Shown: in pieces, positions 9,054 through 18,208 of the stretch
How the letters are laid out: every line of letters starts with the position of its first letter
Numbering within the stretch: position 1 is the first letter of the stretch
NCBI GenBank assembly: GCA_036387255.1
Contig: DASVUC010000183.1
Span: 10,973 to 74,972 of the forward strand
Direction: 5' to 3'
From: Tepidisphaeraceae bacterium
GTDB lineage: Bacteria; Planctomycetota; Phycisphaerae; Tepidisphaerales; Tepidisphaeraceae
Length of the DNA: 64,000 bases
The notes under the pieces: model-generated
What the model was told of the DNA's origin: nothing
Database searches by the model: none
Seen by the model: the letters and a program-made list of their open reading frames with translations, nothing else
Made by a program: the position numbers and the translations under genes

Positions 9054-10769
9054 ATGATGGTTGCAACCGCACCGGCGAGAACGTTTGTTCCCAAAGATCT
9101 TCAGGTCAACAGCTTCAGCGACATCGAGCCGCTGTATCGCGAGCTGCTCGATCGGCGGATCAACTCGCGCTCAGACATGGACCAGTGGCTCCGCGATTTC
9201 TCAGAGCTGACGGCCGTGGTCGATGAAGTCGGCAGCCGCCGCTACATCAATAAGAGCTGCCATACCGATGATGCCGAAATCGAGAAGGCGTACATGCAGT
9301 ACGTGGAGGAGATTGAACCGAAGATCAAGCCCGTCTACTTCGAGTTGCAGAAGAAGTACTTGAATTCGCCGCACCGGGCTGAAGACACGCCGGCTCTTCG
9401 CATTTTGTCGCGCAAGTGGAAGGCGGATGTGGAGCTCTTCCGCGAAGAGAACATTCCGCTGGAGACGGAAGTCATCAAACTCAACGCGGAGTACGACAAG
9501 ATCGCCGGCGCGATGATGGTGAACTTCCGCGGCAAAGAGCTGACGATGCAGCAGATGGCGCGGTTTCAGGAGGAGCCCGATCGCGCGACGCGCGAGGAAG
9601 CATGGAAAGTGTCAGCCGAGCGCCGTCTCCAGGACCGCGAGCGAGTTGACCAAATCTTCGAGAAGCTCTTCTCCCTGCGCGAGCAGATCGCCAGAAACGC
9701 CGGAATGGCGAATTACCGCGACTGGGTGTGGAAGGCCTACAAGCGATTCGACTACACGCCGGACGACTGCCTGAGATTCGCCGACGCCATCGCGACGGCC
9801 TGCGTGCCGGTCGTCAAGCAGCTCGATCAGCAGCGCCAGCAGGATCTGGGCGTCGACGTCCTGAAGCCTTGGGATGCGGCCGTTGATCCGAAGAACCGGC
9901 CGGCGCTGAAGCCGTTCTCGGAAGATCAGGTCGACGATTTCGTCGGAAAAGTCCGGAGCATCTTCGAGAAGCTCTCGCCGGAACTGGCAAAGGACTTCGA
10001 CGTCCTTCGCGACCACAACAACCTCGACCTGGCCAGCCGGAAAGGGAAGCAGCCGGGTGGATACCAGTGCTCGCTGGAAGAAGCGCGCGAGCCGTTCATC
10101 TTCATGAACGCGGCCGGCCTTCAGCGCGATGTTGAAACGCTGCTGCATGAGGGCGGACATGCTTTCCATTGCCTTGCTGCCCGTAATGAAGATCTCGTGT
10201 TTCTGCGCAGCGCGCCGATGGAATTCTGCGAAGTGGCCAGCATGTCGATGGAACTGCTCGGCGCCGAGCACTTCGACGTCTTTTACAGCGAGGCGGACGC
10301 GAACCGCGCTCGCCGCACGCTGATGGAGGGCATCATCCGCTTCCTGCCGTGGATGGCGATCATCGACTCCTTCCAGCACTGGATCTACACGAACCCCGGC
10401 CACAGTCGCGAGCAGCGGACGAAGCATTGGCTCAGCCTGCTGGATCGTTTCTGTTCAGGTCTCACCGACTGGTCAGGATTCGAAGCCGTCCGCGAGTCGC
10501 AGTGGCAGCGCCAACTTCACCTCTTCCACGCGCCGTTTTATTACATCGAGTACGGCATCGCGCAGCTTGGCGCGCTTCAGCTCTGGATGAAATCGAAGGA
10601 AGATCCCACCCGCGCCCTCAGGAATTACCGCAGCGCCTTAGCGCTCGGCGGCACTCGTCCGTTGCCGGAACTCTTTTCCGCAGCGGGAATTCGCTTCGAC
10701 TTCTCGGAGAAAACGCTGTCGCCTCTCATGAACGCTTTAGGCGAAGAGCTCCAGCGACTTCCCACGTAG
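9054..10769 (+). CDS. M3-family oligoendopeptidase (PepF-like zinc metallopeptidase)
   Basis: 571 aa with HEGGHAFH (the HExxH zinc site) and overall M3B-like length and organisation. Confidence 0.8.
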   Translation: MMVATAPARTFVPKDLQVNSFSDIEPLYRELLDRRINSRSDMDQWLRDFSELTAVVDEVGSRRYINKSCHTDDAEIEKAYMQYVEEIEPKIKPVYFELQKKYLNSPHRAEDTPALRILSRKWKADVELFREENIPLETEVIKLNAEYDKIAGAMMVNFRGKELTMQQMARFQEEPDRATREEAWKVSAERRLQDRERVDQIFEKLFSLREQIARNAGMANYRDWVWKAYKRFDYTPDDCLRFADAIATACVPVVKQLDQQRQQDLGVDVLKPWDAAVDPKNRPALKPFSEDQVDDFVGKVRSIFEKLSPELAKDFDVLRDHNNLDLASRKGKQPGGYQCSLEEAREPFIFMNAAGLQRDVETLLHEGGHAFHCLAARNEDLVFLRSAPMEFCEVASMSMELLGAEHFDVFYSEADANRARRTLMEGIIRFLPWMAIIDSFQHWIYTNPGHSREQRTKHWLSLLDRFCSGLTDWSGFEAVRESQWQRQLHLFHAPFYYIEYGIAQLGALQLWMKSKEDPTRALRNYRSALALGGTRPLPELFSAAGIRFDFSEKTLSPLMNALGEELQRLPT

Positions 10770-10836
10770 GGAGTTTCGGGCGCGCCGTTGCGCGGCACGG
10801 GTTTTACGCTTCACCCTTCCGAGGTGTGGAGGCACC

Positions 10837-11364
10837 ATGAACCGCCGCGAGTTGTTTCACCATCGGCATGAACCTGATCTGAAGCTGCGTTCCCCGGCCA
10901 ACTGGACGGCCATCCTTTTCCTGGCGGCACTGGGGGCGCTGCACTTGTCCATGGCCGCTCATGCTTATCTGCATGGGCGCTGGGAAGGCTTCCTCAGCGT
11001 GATCTTCGGCTGCGTCTTCATGCTCGCAGCGGTAGCCTGCTCGCTCTTGCGCACGGAACTGTGCGTTCATAAGGACGAGCACGAGATGCGTTTGCGCACG
11101 GGGATCGGGAGCATACGCTACGAGCGCGCGATCCCGTTTGCTCGCGTAGAAGCCATTCGACTGACGCTTTTGAACAAGCGCAGCGCCAGCGATTCGCTGA
11201 TTGAGGTAGTCTGTAAGGGCGAAGTGATCGAGTGCCCGCCGACGGGTGTCCCCCGTCAGGAAGCGCTTTGCCTGGCGATGCTGATGGACGTTCGGCTGAT
11301 TAAAGTCTATGGCCACGACGTCCCGAACGTCAGCGAGCGGATTGACAAACTGACATCCGCGTGA
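10837..11364 (+). CDS. Hypothetical membrane protein (two predicted TM helices plus a soluble C-terminal domain)
   Basis: Hydrophobic stretches WTAILFLAALGALHLSMAAHA and FLSVIFGCVFMLAAVACSLL. I recognise no family. Confidence 0.5.
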   Translation: MNRRELFHHRHEPDLKLRSPANWTAILFLAALGALHLSMAAHAYLHGRWEGFLSVIFGCVFMLAAVACSLLRTELCVHKDEHEMRLRTGIGSIRYERAIPFARVEAIRLTLLNKRSASDSLIEVVCKGEVIECPPTGVPRQEALCLAMLMDVRLIKVYGHDVPNVSERIDKLTSA

Positions 11365-11418
11365 GCGACACGCTGATTTTGTGACGCAGGGGAACGGAGC
11401 GAGAGTGCGTCTCGCGAA

Positions 11419-11637
11419 TTATTTTTCCTTCCGAGAAGGTTTCTTTTTCTTCCCACCCGAGCGGCTTGCCGGACGATCCTCACCCGTCAGCGGCGTCTCC
11501 CCTTTGAAGCGCGACTGACTCGCCGTCTGATCGGTGCCGGTGCGGACACGCTGCGGCGCGCCGCGGACGCCGGTGGCTTTTTTGCGGGCATTGGCGCTGG
11601 CGGTTGCTTTCTTTTTGTTCGGTGATGACTGTGCCAT
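11419..11637 (-). CDS. Small (72 aa) lysine/arginine-rich hypothetical protein
   Basis: AAGGAG lies 7 nt upstream of ATG 11637 (MAQSSPNKKKATASANARKKATG...SGGKKKKPSRKEK). The sequence is low-complexity and basic. Confidence 0.5.
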   Translation of the reverse strand: MAQSSPNKKKATASANARKKATGVRGAPQRVRTGTDQTASQSRFKGETPLTGEDRPASRSGGKKKKPSRKEK

Positions 11638-11702
11638 GGGGAACTCCTTTTCAGGAGACACAGGCTACGCTCGGGCCGCTGCTCGCGCGAATGCGCAAAC
11701 TA

Positions 11703-12629
11703 TTACGCCGCGTTGAGCTTCACCACGCCCTTCATGTACTTCCCATCCTTCTGCGAAGCTTGCTTGAGGAGATCGGGATACTTCTCCAGCGGCACGACGT
11801 GTGACACGAGCGGCTGGAGATCGATCATTTTGCGCTCGAGCAGCCGGATGGCGGCTGGCCAGGGGTCTCGTTCGGCGCTATTGGGGGCGGAGTTGACGAC
11901 GGTGATGCCGTTCATGTGCCAGATGTCGCCGGGGAATTGTCCGGTGCCGTGGTTCCAGCCGAAGAGATTCAGCCGTCCGCCGTTCTTCACGATCTTCGAA
12001 GAAAGGTCCAACCCGTGCTGTGAGCCGGAGCAATCGACGACGGTGTCAATCCACAGGTTGCGCAGGTCGTTGGGATCGACTTCTTTGGCGTTGTAGGTGT
12101 GGGTTGCGCCGAACTGTTTAGCCATGTCGAGCCGGTCCTGGTGCACGTCGATGGCGATGAGGTGATCGACCAGCGAGCGACCGAGCGCCTGGATGAACAT
12201 CATGCCCATGAATCCGCAGCCAACGACGGCGATGCGGTCGGCTGGCTTGAGTTTGCAATGGTCGATTCCGGTGACGATGCAGGAGACCGGCTCGACGATC
12301 CAGTCTTCCGGGCGGCGCGTCTGCGGGAGGACATAGAGTCCGGAGGCGCTGCGCGTGACGCGCTCGGTGAAACCGAGACCGATGCCGGTAACCCAATCCC
12401 CTTCTTTCACATGGGTGACGCCCGCACCGACCCTGACGATGCGACCGACGCCTTCATGGCCGGGCCAGACAGGCCAATCGGAGCCGTTCTTGTAGACGTG
12501 AACGTCCCATGCGCACACGCCGCAGGCGAGCGCTTCAATCTGCACTTCGCCCGGCCCGGGATCCGGCGATTCGACGGTGATGAACTCGATCTTCTCTTTG
12601 CCCGCGTAGTTGATCGTTCGCGCCTGCAT
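11703..12629 (-). CDS. Zinc-dependent alcohol dehydrogenase family (MDR) oxidoreductase
   Basis: Motifs: ACGVCAWDVHV, PGHEGVGRIVRVG, VVGCGFMGMMF (Rossmann). GGAGG lies 8 nt upstream of ATG 12629 (MQARTINY). The track start at 12644 is also an ATG but has no SD. Confidence 0.85.
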   Translation of the reverse strand: MQARTINYAGKEKIEFITVESPDPGPGEVQIEALACGVCAWDVHVYKNGSDWPVWPGHEGVGRIVRVGAGVTHVKEGDWVTGIGLGFTERVTRSASGLYVLPQTRRPEDWIVEPVSCIVTGIDHCKLKPADRIAVVGCGFMGMMFIQALGRSLVDHLIAIDVHQDRLDMAKQFGATHTYNAKEVDPNDLRNLWIDTVVDCSGSQHGLDLSSKIVKNGGRLNLFGWNHGTGQFPGDIWHMNGITVVNSAPNSAERDPWPAAIRLLERKMIDLQPLVSHVVPLEKYPDLLKQASQKDGKYMKGVVKLNAA

Positions 12630-12844
12630 GCCCGTAGCCTCCATGTCAGTGCCCGTTCATCCTGAACGTGTGAATTATCGGCCGAAACGCCCTACAGGAT
12701 TGACCAATTGGGTAAACGGGAGCGGCCTGCGCTCGCGTAAGCCAGCGGCGGCGGAGAAGAGGTGCGTCTGCGATTTTCCCATAACCCTGTGCCCAATTCA
12801 GCCCTGCGCAATTGTTACGGTCGCTGGGTTGGGGCGGTTCAGAA

Positions 12845-12877
12845 AAGCCGGGGGTGTGACGATCGCACATCCGGCTT
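12845..12877 (-). terminator. Candidate hairpin plus T-tract in the ADH 5' leader / intergenic region (minus strand)
   Basis: AAGCCGG (12877..12871) pairs with CCGGCTT (12851..12845), followed by TTCT on the minus strand. It lies about 200 nt upstream of the ADH start. Confidence 0.25.
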
Positions 12878-12922
12878 GGGATCTGTCCTTGTTTGGACCA
12901 ACGATTGAGCGTTTCTGTGTGC

Positions 12923-12976
12923 AGAGGGGGCACTGTGTTATGCTGAGACAGCGGCTTCGTTGAGTGCCCCTCTTTT
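12923..12976 (+). terminator. Candidate hairpin plus T-tract just upstream of the zinc-ribbon gene (plus strand)
   Basis: GGGGCAC (12927..12933) pairs with GTGCCCC (12964..12970) and is extendable. The loop is 30 nt. TCTTTTG follows, about 28 nt before ATG 13004. Confidence 0.25.
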
Positions 12977-13003
12977 GAGGGCGAATCCGGAGGGATTTCA
13001 GGC

Positions 13004-13315
13004 ATGCCACCCCCGTCAACCGAATCTCCTCAATCCGACACCCGCCTGCAATGTCCGAGGTGCGGGTACAACTTAACGGCCGTCACGTCGAGCACCTGCC
13101 CAGAATGCGGCGAACAGTTCATCGTGACCAACTCGCAAGGGTACCTCGCGCGGTTCCCGCCCTCGAAAGTGCGCCAAGTCTGCAACGCGCTCTGGCTCAT
13201 CGGCACGGTGTTGATCGTCCTCAGTTGGGTCAACGCCGTAACGCCAGTGGTGGGTTGGATCGGCTTCGGCGTCGCCGGCGTGGGGTGGGTCATCTCCCTC
13301 GGCCTGAAGCGGTGA
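13004..13315 (+). CDS. Small zinc-ribbon membrane protein
   Basis: CPRCGYNL...CPECG (a CxxC...CxxC ribbon) followed by two hydrophobic helices (ALWLIGTVLIVLSWV, VVGWIGFGVAGVGWVISL). Confidence 0.55.
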   Translation: MPPPSTESPQSDTRLQCPRCGYNLTAVTSSTCPECGEQFIVTNSQGYLARFPPSKVRQVCNALWLIGTVLIVLSWVNAVTPVVGWIGFGVAGVGWVISLGLKR

Positions 13316-13471
13316 GGGTGCAATAGCGCATGCTCATGCATGGGCCCACCCTCGCCAATACTCTCACCGCCCACATGAGTTTCCTGCCAGGCCTCGCTCT
13401 TCATTGGACCTGCGTTCGCTCTTCCGCGACGCGGCAGGCGCTGGAGGAGGCAGAGCGTGTGAAGCACGGAG

Positions 13472-14560
13472 CTAGTTCCCGCTCGCCGCCATCGCTTCCG
13501 GCAGCGCCATCCTCGCCGCGAGGAACGTCTGCACATCCCGAATGCTCGACGGCGTCATCAACTCCCGGCGGGAATCCATCACCAGGACGGGGCGCGTGGC
13601 GATCAGCTCCTTGAAGTTTTTCAGTCGCAGATCTTCCGTGTCCGCAGAGTACATCACTGAGAACGTCCAGCGGAACAGGGTTCGGAGTGGCGGGAGCCAC
13701 TTGTGGTCGGAGCCGACGCGGCGGGCGAAGGCTTCGTCGAAACCGTCGATGGGGTTGCTGATGACGAGGGCGGCGATGCCGGGGTCTTTGCGGGCGGCGA
13801 GGAGGGCAGCGTTGGCGCCCGTGCCGGTGCCCAAGACGCCGATCTTTGAGGCATCGACGAAGGCTCTGCGGCGCAGCATTTCCACCGCAGCCTTCACGTC
13901 CAGAGCCTCATTCAAGCCAAAGGTCTGCGCGTCGCTGGTGAGGGCTCCGGAGCCGCGTAAGGCGAGCACGAGGACGACGAATCCGCGATCATGCAGCGGC
14001 CTGACGAGGGGCAGGAGCTGCTGGCGCGACGCGGCGAAATCGTGCACCAGGACCATGGCGGGGTACTTTTTCTGAAGGGTGGCTTCGCCTTCTTCGATGA
14101 CGCGGCGCGCATCGACGGCGGGGACAAGCCAGCCTTCAACCTTGACGTTGTCTTCGGCGAGGAAGCTGATGGGATCGAAGTACATGCCGTATGCGAGCGG
14201 GTCCGCGCCGACGGTGGTGCGGCCGGGATGCGTGGCGGCGAGAACCAGAAGCGTGAGGAAGATCACCAGCAGCACGGGCACGAGCGCCAGGCGGTAAATA
14301 AAGCCGCGCACAAATCGCTGCCAGGGTCTGCCGTCCTCAATGCGAAGGCGCTGAGGGCGCGAGAAGGGGTCGATGAGGAGAATTTTTCCAAGCTTCATGA
14401 CGGCTTTGGCCAGCGCCCACAGCTTGCGCTGCTTCTGCTTGGCCACGGGCTCGTGGTCGTTCATGAAGGTCGGATCCATGATGGGCCGCTGCATACACAC
14501 TCCGTCGGCACAAAAGGCCGGTTCGGTGATGACGTACGATACTCTTCCCGAATTGCCCAA
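13472..14560 (-). CDS. Membrane-anchored alpha/beta-hydrolase fold protein
   Basis: TM helix LALVPVLLVIFLTLLVLAA, then PAMVLVHDFAASRQQLLPLVRPLHDRGFVVLVLALRGSG...IGVLGTGTGANAALLAA, a dienelactone-hydrolase/S9-like layout. The start codon is uncertain: several in-frame M residues are available. Confidence 0.65.
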   Translation of the reverse strand: MGNSGRVSYVITEPAFCADGVCMQRPIMDPTFMNDHEPVAKQKQRKLWALAKAVMKLGKILLIDPFSRPQRLRIEDGRPWQRFVRGFIYRLALVPVLLVIFLTLLVLAATHPGRTTVGADPLAYGMYFDPISFLAEDNVKVEGWLVPAVDARRVIEEGEATLQKKYPAMVLVHDFAASRQQLLPLVRPLHDRGFVVLVLALRGSGALTSDAQTFGLNEALDVKAAVEMLRRRAFVDASKIGVLGTGTGANAALLAARKDPGIAALVISNPIDGFDEAFARRVGSDHKWLPPLRTLFRWTFSVMYSADTEDLRLKNFKELIATRPVLVMDSRRELMTPSSIRDVQTFLAARMALPEAMAASGN

Positions 14561-14675
14561 TTCACCTCATCGGAACTTGACCCGAGGGGGTCTGCTCCTT
14601 ACTTTCTGATCTTGCGGCTCATGCCGACGACGCATGGATGTGTCGGGAGTGGGGCCTATAAAAGCGAGGGTCAGG

Positions 14676-15593
14676 ATGGCCAAACGCAGGCACGCAACGG
14701 CGCTCTTCGAAGTGTACCGACAGACACCTCAATCAGATTCGCCCGGCAAACCCGGACGGATTTTCCGTGCACCCAAGTGGCTCGGCGGTCGAAAACCGGA
14801 AGGCGATTCCGATAACGCGCCAGTAGTCTTCTCTATGGTGGATCACAAGCCGGATCCGACGCTGGATCTGCCGAGCCGGATCTCGCCGATCGTCATGCAT
14901 GAAGATGATGCGAACGATCGGGCGCGACCCGGCGTGCGGGTGTCGGTGGATTCGGGGGATCAGACCATCAACTTGATCCTCAGCTATGGAAGCGCCGCGG
15001 TCGCGTGCTTTGCGCTGATGGTTGTGGTGGGGCTGGCGTATGTGATGGGCCGCCACTCGGCGCGGGGTCCGCTACCGCTGCTGGCGGATCGGACGACGGA
15101 AGAGGTGCGGAAGGATAAGCCGCGCGGTGATGTGCTGGATCTGGGCAGCGGGAGCGGGGAGAGCGTAATCACGCCCGCGGTGAAGGCGGCGCAATCAGCG
15201 AAGCCGAGCCCGAAGAAACAGGATTGGAATGACGCGCGGCCGCCAGCGACGCTGGTGACCAATGACGACGACAAGCCGCGGCAGGTGGGGCTGAATTATG
15301 TGATCATCCAAAGCTATCCGGACCTGAAGGATGCCGAGGCCGCGAAGGCGCTGCTGTGGAAGCACGGAATCAAGACAACCATTGAGCCGCCGCCGGCGGG
15401 ATGGTCGGTGAACAACACTGTGAAGATATACACGGTGATCGGTAAGACAGGCTTCGATCACATCCGCAACTCACCGGAGTATGACCGTTATTGCGAACAG
15501 ATCATGAAGTTGAGTGACGAGTTCGCGGGGAACACCAAGTACAAGCGGTTTCAGCCCAGTGGGTATAAGTGGAAGGATCCGAAGAGAGATTGA
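14676..15593 (+). CDS. Hypothetical single-pass membrane protein; the C-terminal ~80 aa are possibly SPOR-like
   Basis: MAKRRHATALFEV... with TM helix AAVACFALMVVVGLAYVM. The C-terminus NYVIIQSYPDLKDAEAAKALLWKHGIKTTIEP...YTVIGKTGF is only weakly reminiscent of SPOR domains. Confidence 0.5.
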   Translation: MAKRRHATALFEVYRQTPQSDSPGKPGRIFRAPKWLGGRKPEGDSDNAPVVFSMVDHKPDPTLDLPSRISPIVMHEDDANDRARPGVRVSVDSGDQTINLILSYGSAAVACFALMVVVGLAYVMGRHSARGPLPLLADRTTEEVRKDKPRGDVLDLGSGSGESVITPAVKAAQSAKPSPKKQDWNDARPPATLVTNDDDKPRQVGLNYVIIQSYPDLKDAEAAKALLWKHGIKTTIEPPPAGWSVNNTVKIYTVIGKTGFDHIRNSPEYDRYCEQIMKLSDEFAGNTKYKRFQPSGYKWKDPKRD

Positions 15594-15644
15594 GCAAAGA
15601 CTAGCTGGTCGGCGGAGTGAGATTGCTTGGATGTTGAAGAAGAG

Positions 15645-15682
15645 CCCTCACTCTGCCCTCTCCCGGGGTTCCGGGAGAGGGG
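15645..15682. repeat. Copy 1 of a dispersed ~38-nt palindromic (REP-like) element
   Basis: Sequence ccctcactctgccctctcccggggttccgggagagggg. An 11-bp stem pairs ccctctcccgg (15656..15666) with ccgggagaggg (15671..15681). It lies between convergent genes. Confidence 0.75.
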
Positions 15683-15721
15683 AAAACGGGGAAGACGGAA
15701 GGGTGCAGGCGGTTCATCCGG

Positions 15722-16618
15722 CTAAGCCGAGTTGTGATCGCCATGGATGTTGCCGTCTTCGCTGGGGATGTGCAGGGCGCCTTCTCGGTCGCGCTGCGGG
15801 GGTTCGTCGCGCTGGAGATTTTCTGCTTGGCCGGCGGCCATGCGGTCGGCGACGCCCGGGAGGTTCTTGGCGGTGAAGGTGTTCACCTTCGCCATCATGC
15901 CCACTCGGGTGTCGCGGGTGGGTTTGACTGCGGCGGCGAGGATCGCGTCGGCAACTTGCTGCGGATCGATCATCGGCGTCGGCAGATCAGGCTCCTTGTC
16001 CATGTAATTCTTGCCGTGCTTGTCGAAGGGCGTGTCCACCGCGGTGGGTTGGATGAGGGTGATGGAGACGGGGGCTTGATCGATCTTCTCCGTTTCGATG
16101 CGCAGCGCATCGGTGAATCCCTTCACCGCATGCTTGGATGCAACATACATTCCGATCATCGGCGCGGCGGCTTCCGAGACTTCGCTGCCCACATTGATCA
16201 GCGCGCCCCCCTGCGTCTTGAGGTGGGGAAGTGCGGCGAGCGAGCCGTTGACGACGCCCCAGAAGTTGGTGTCGAACAGGCGGCGGCTGTCTTCCTCGCT
16301 GACTTGCTCGAGCCGGCCAAAGATGGCAACGCCGGCGTTGTTGACCCACGTGTCGATACGCCCGAAACGGTTGATGGTTTCCCGCGCCACGCGCTGCATG
16401 TCGTCGCGCTTTGCAACGTCGACGGTGACGGCGAGCGCCTGCCCTCCGGACGCGTTGATCTGGCTGACGATGTTGTCGAGGGTTTCGCCGCTGCGGGCGC
16501 AGAGAACCACGCTCGCACCTTGCTTGGCGGCCGCCTGCGCGGTGCACAGGCCAATCCCGCTCGAGGCGCCGGTGATAACAATCACCTGTTCATTCAGCGG
16601 CTTCAATTTAAGGCTCAT
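15722..16618 (-). CDS. SDR-family oxidoreductase
   Basis: Motifs: VITGASSGIG, NNAG, YVASKHAVKG (YxxxK). Confidence 0.9.
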   Translation of the reverse strand: MSLKLKPLNEQVIVITGASSGIGLCTAQAAAKQGASVVLCARSGETLDNIVSQINASGGQALAVTVDVAKRDDMQRVARETINRFGRIDTWVNNAGVAIFGRLEQVSEEDSRRLFDTNFWGVVNGSLAALPHLKTQGGALINVGSEVSEAAAPMIGMYVASKHAVKGFTDALRIETEKIDQAPVSITLIQPTAVDTPFDKHGKNYMDKEPDLPTPMIDPQQVADAILAAAVKPTRDTRVGMMAKVNTFTAKNLPGVADRMAAGQAENLQRDEPPQRDREGALHIPSEDGNIHGDHNSA

Positions 16619-16674
16619 CGCTGGACTCCTTTTTGTTGAAGCGAGTCTGGCAAAGAGGATGCCGAACGGATGAG

Positions 16675-17349
16675 CTAGCGGGAAACGGTGCGAACTTTCT
16701 GATCATCAGCAATGAGCGCCACGGCAGCCATGCCGAGGAAGAGCCCGCTTTCGACGATCCCGGCGCGGGCAGCGAGTTCCGCATTCACCTTCTGCGGATC
16801 TCTGCCGGGGGCGAAGCGGCAGTCGTAGATCAAGTTGCCATTGTCGGTGATGTAAGGTTTTCCTTTTTCCAGGCGAAGGACAGGGTTGCCGCCGAGATTC
16901 TTCAAAAATCGCTCCTGCGCCTCGTGGGCAAACGGCGCCACTTCCACGGGCAACGGGCTCTTGCTGAAGAGTTGGTCCACGTGTTTGTTGCTGTCGACGA
17001 TGATGACAAACCGGCGGGTGTTCTGTGCGACGATCTTCTCGCGCAGGAGCGCGCCTCCAAGTCCCTTAATCGCGTTGAGATCATCAGTGACCTCGTCAGC
17101 GCCGTCGACGGTGACGTCGATCTGCGGATGCTGAGAAAGGGTTGAGAGGGGAATACCGAGATCTCCCGCGAGCTTCTCTGAGCGGAGCGACGTGGGGATT
17201 CCGTGCACGTTGGAGAGCTTCCCCTGGCGCAGCGCCTGTGCCAGAGCCTGGATGAAAAACGCGGCTGTGGAGCCGGTGCCGAGGCCAATGATCATGTTGC
17301 TCTGGATGTAGGCGAGAGCGGCTTCGGCAGCGTGTTGCTTTGGGTCCAT
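16675..17349 (-). CDS. rpiA: Ribose-5-phosphate isomerase A
   Basis: Motifs: IIGLGTGSTAAFFI, DVTVDGADEV, IKGLGGALLREKIV. GGAAGGA SD lies 7 nt upstream of ATG 17349 (MDPKQH). Confidence 0.9.
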   Translation of the reverse strand: MDPKQHAAEAALAYIQSNMIIGLGTGSTAAFFIQALAQALRQGKLSNVHGIPTSLRSEKLAGDLGIPLSTLSQHPQIDVTVDGADEVTDDLNAIKGLGGALLREKIVAQNTRRFVIIVDSNKHVDQLFSKSPLPVEVAPFAHEAQERFLKNLGGNPVLRLEKGKPYITDNGNLIYDCRFAPGRDPQKVNAELAARAGIVESGLFLGMAAVALIADDQKVRTVSR

Positions 17350-17476
17350 GAGCGGCGTCCTTCCAGGAAGCGGAAAGATAGCTTCGCAACTTGATTGCAT
17401 CCAGCCGCATGTTTGTCATGAACCTTGGGTTATGGCACAATGCCCTGCTCCCGACGCCGGGCGAGGACTATTTGCA

Positions 17477-18208
17477 ATGCTGCTTCAGACCAACAGCTAC
17501 ATCGTTCCCGCGGAAAAGCGCATCGAGCACCAGCGCCTGATCAAACGTTTTCGGCAGGCGATGGCGAAGCTGGGTTGCGAGTCTTTCGACGTTTACGAGC
17601 AGGTGGGGCCGAACTGGGCGGGGAATGAGACTTCAGGTCGCTTCGTTCAGATCATGCGGTTCCGGGATCACCAGCATCAGCGCCAGGTGCAGGCGGCCGA
17701 GCGGAGCGATCCAACGGCGCAGGCGTTGATTGCGGAATTCTGTGAGGTGATCAACCTCCCTTACCAGCAGCAGCAGGGGCTTTTCGCGGTGGGGTTCTAT
17801 CGCAGCGTGGTGCCGGTGGGTCAGAGCGGGCCGCAAGCGCAGGCGCCAGGCGCGGGTGGCACCGAACCTTTTGGCCAGGCTGCAACCGAAGGGGCGGGGG
17901 ACGAAGTGCCCATCGATGGAACGATCGATCAGGCGCAGCCGTTCGAAGAGACATCTCGGGGCGAGAACGCGGAGAACGTGTCATACGGCATGCCCGGCGG
18001 CGATAATGGGGCTGCCTACGAAGAGGTCGAAGGAAGCGTGACGGAAGGCCACGGTTTTTCGGCCGAAGGCACTGAGGCTTCAGAGCACCAGCAGAACGAT
18101 CCGCCTGCGCTGGATGAAATTGATATTGAAGCGCTGGCGGAGGAAGAAATTGGGGGGTTCCAGGAAGTTTCCGAAGACTCGAATGATCGGCGGAAACGCA
18201 AGGGTTAA
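17477..18208 (+). CDS. Hypothetical protein: ~115-aa globular N-domain plus a long acidic, disordered C-terminal tail
   Basis: GAGGA lies upstream of ATG 17477 (MLLQTNSYIVPAEKRIEHQRL...). The tail is rich in E/G/A (EEVEGSVTEGHGFSAEGTEASEH...EEEIGGFQEVSEDS). Confidence 0.5.
   Translation: MLLQTNSYIVPAEKRIEHQRLIKRFRQAMAKLGCESFDVYEQVGPNWAGNETSGRFVQIMRFRDHQHQRQVQAAERSDPTAQALIAEFCEVINLPYQQQQGLFAVGFYRSVVPVGQSGPQAQAPGAGGTEPFGQAATEGAGDEVPIDGTIDQAQPFEETSRGENAENVSYGMPGGDNGAAYEEVEGSVTEGHGFSAEGTEASEHQQNDPPALDEIDIEALAEEEIGGFQEVSEDSNDRRKRKG

Noticed and set aside
12646-13005. A 119-aa ORF that exactly fills the ADH/zinc-ribbon intergenic gap (also 12610..12963 + and 12798..13019 -).
   Set aside because: Third-position G/C, tallied by eye, is far lower than in the real genes here. 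There is no SD, and its ATG shares the CATG with the opposite gene's start. I treat the region as non-coding.
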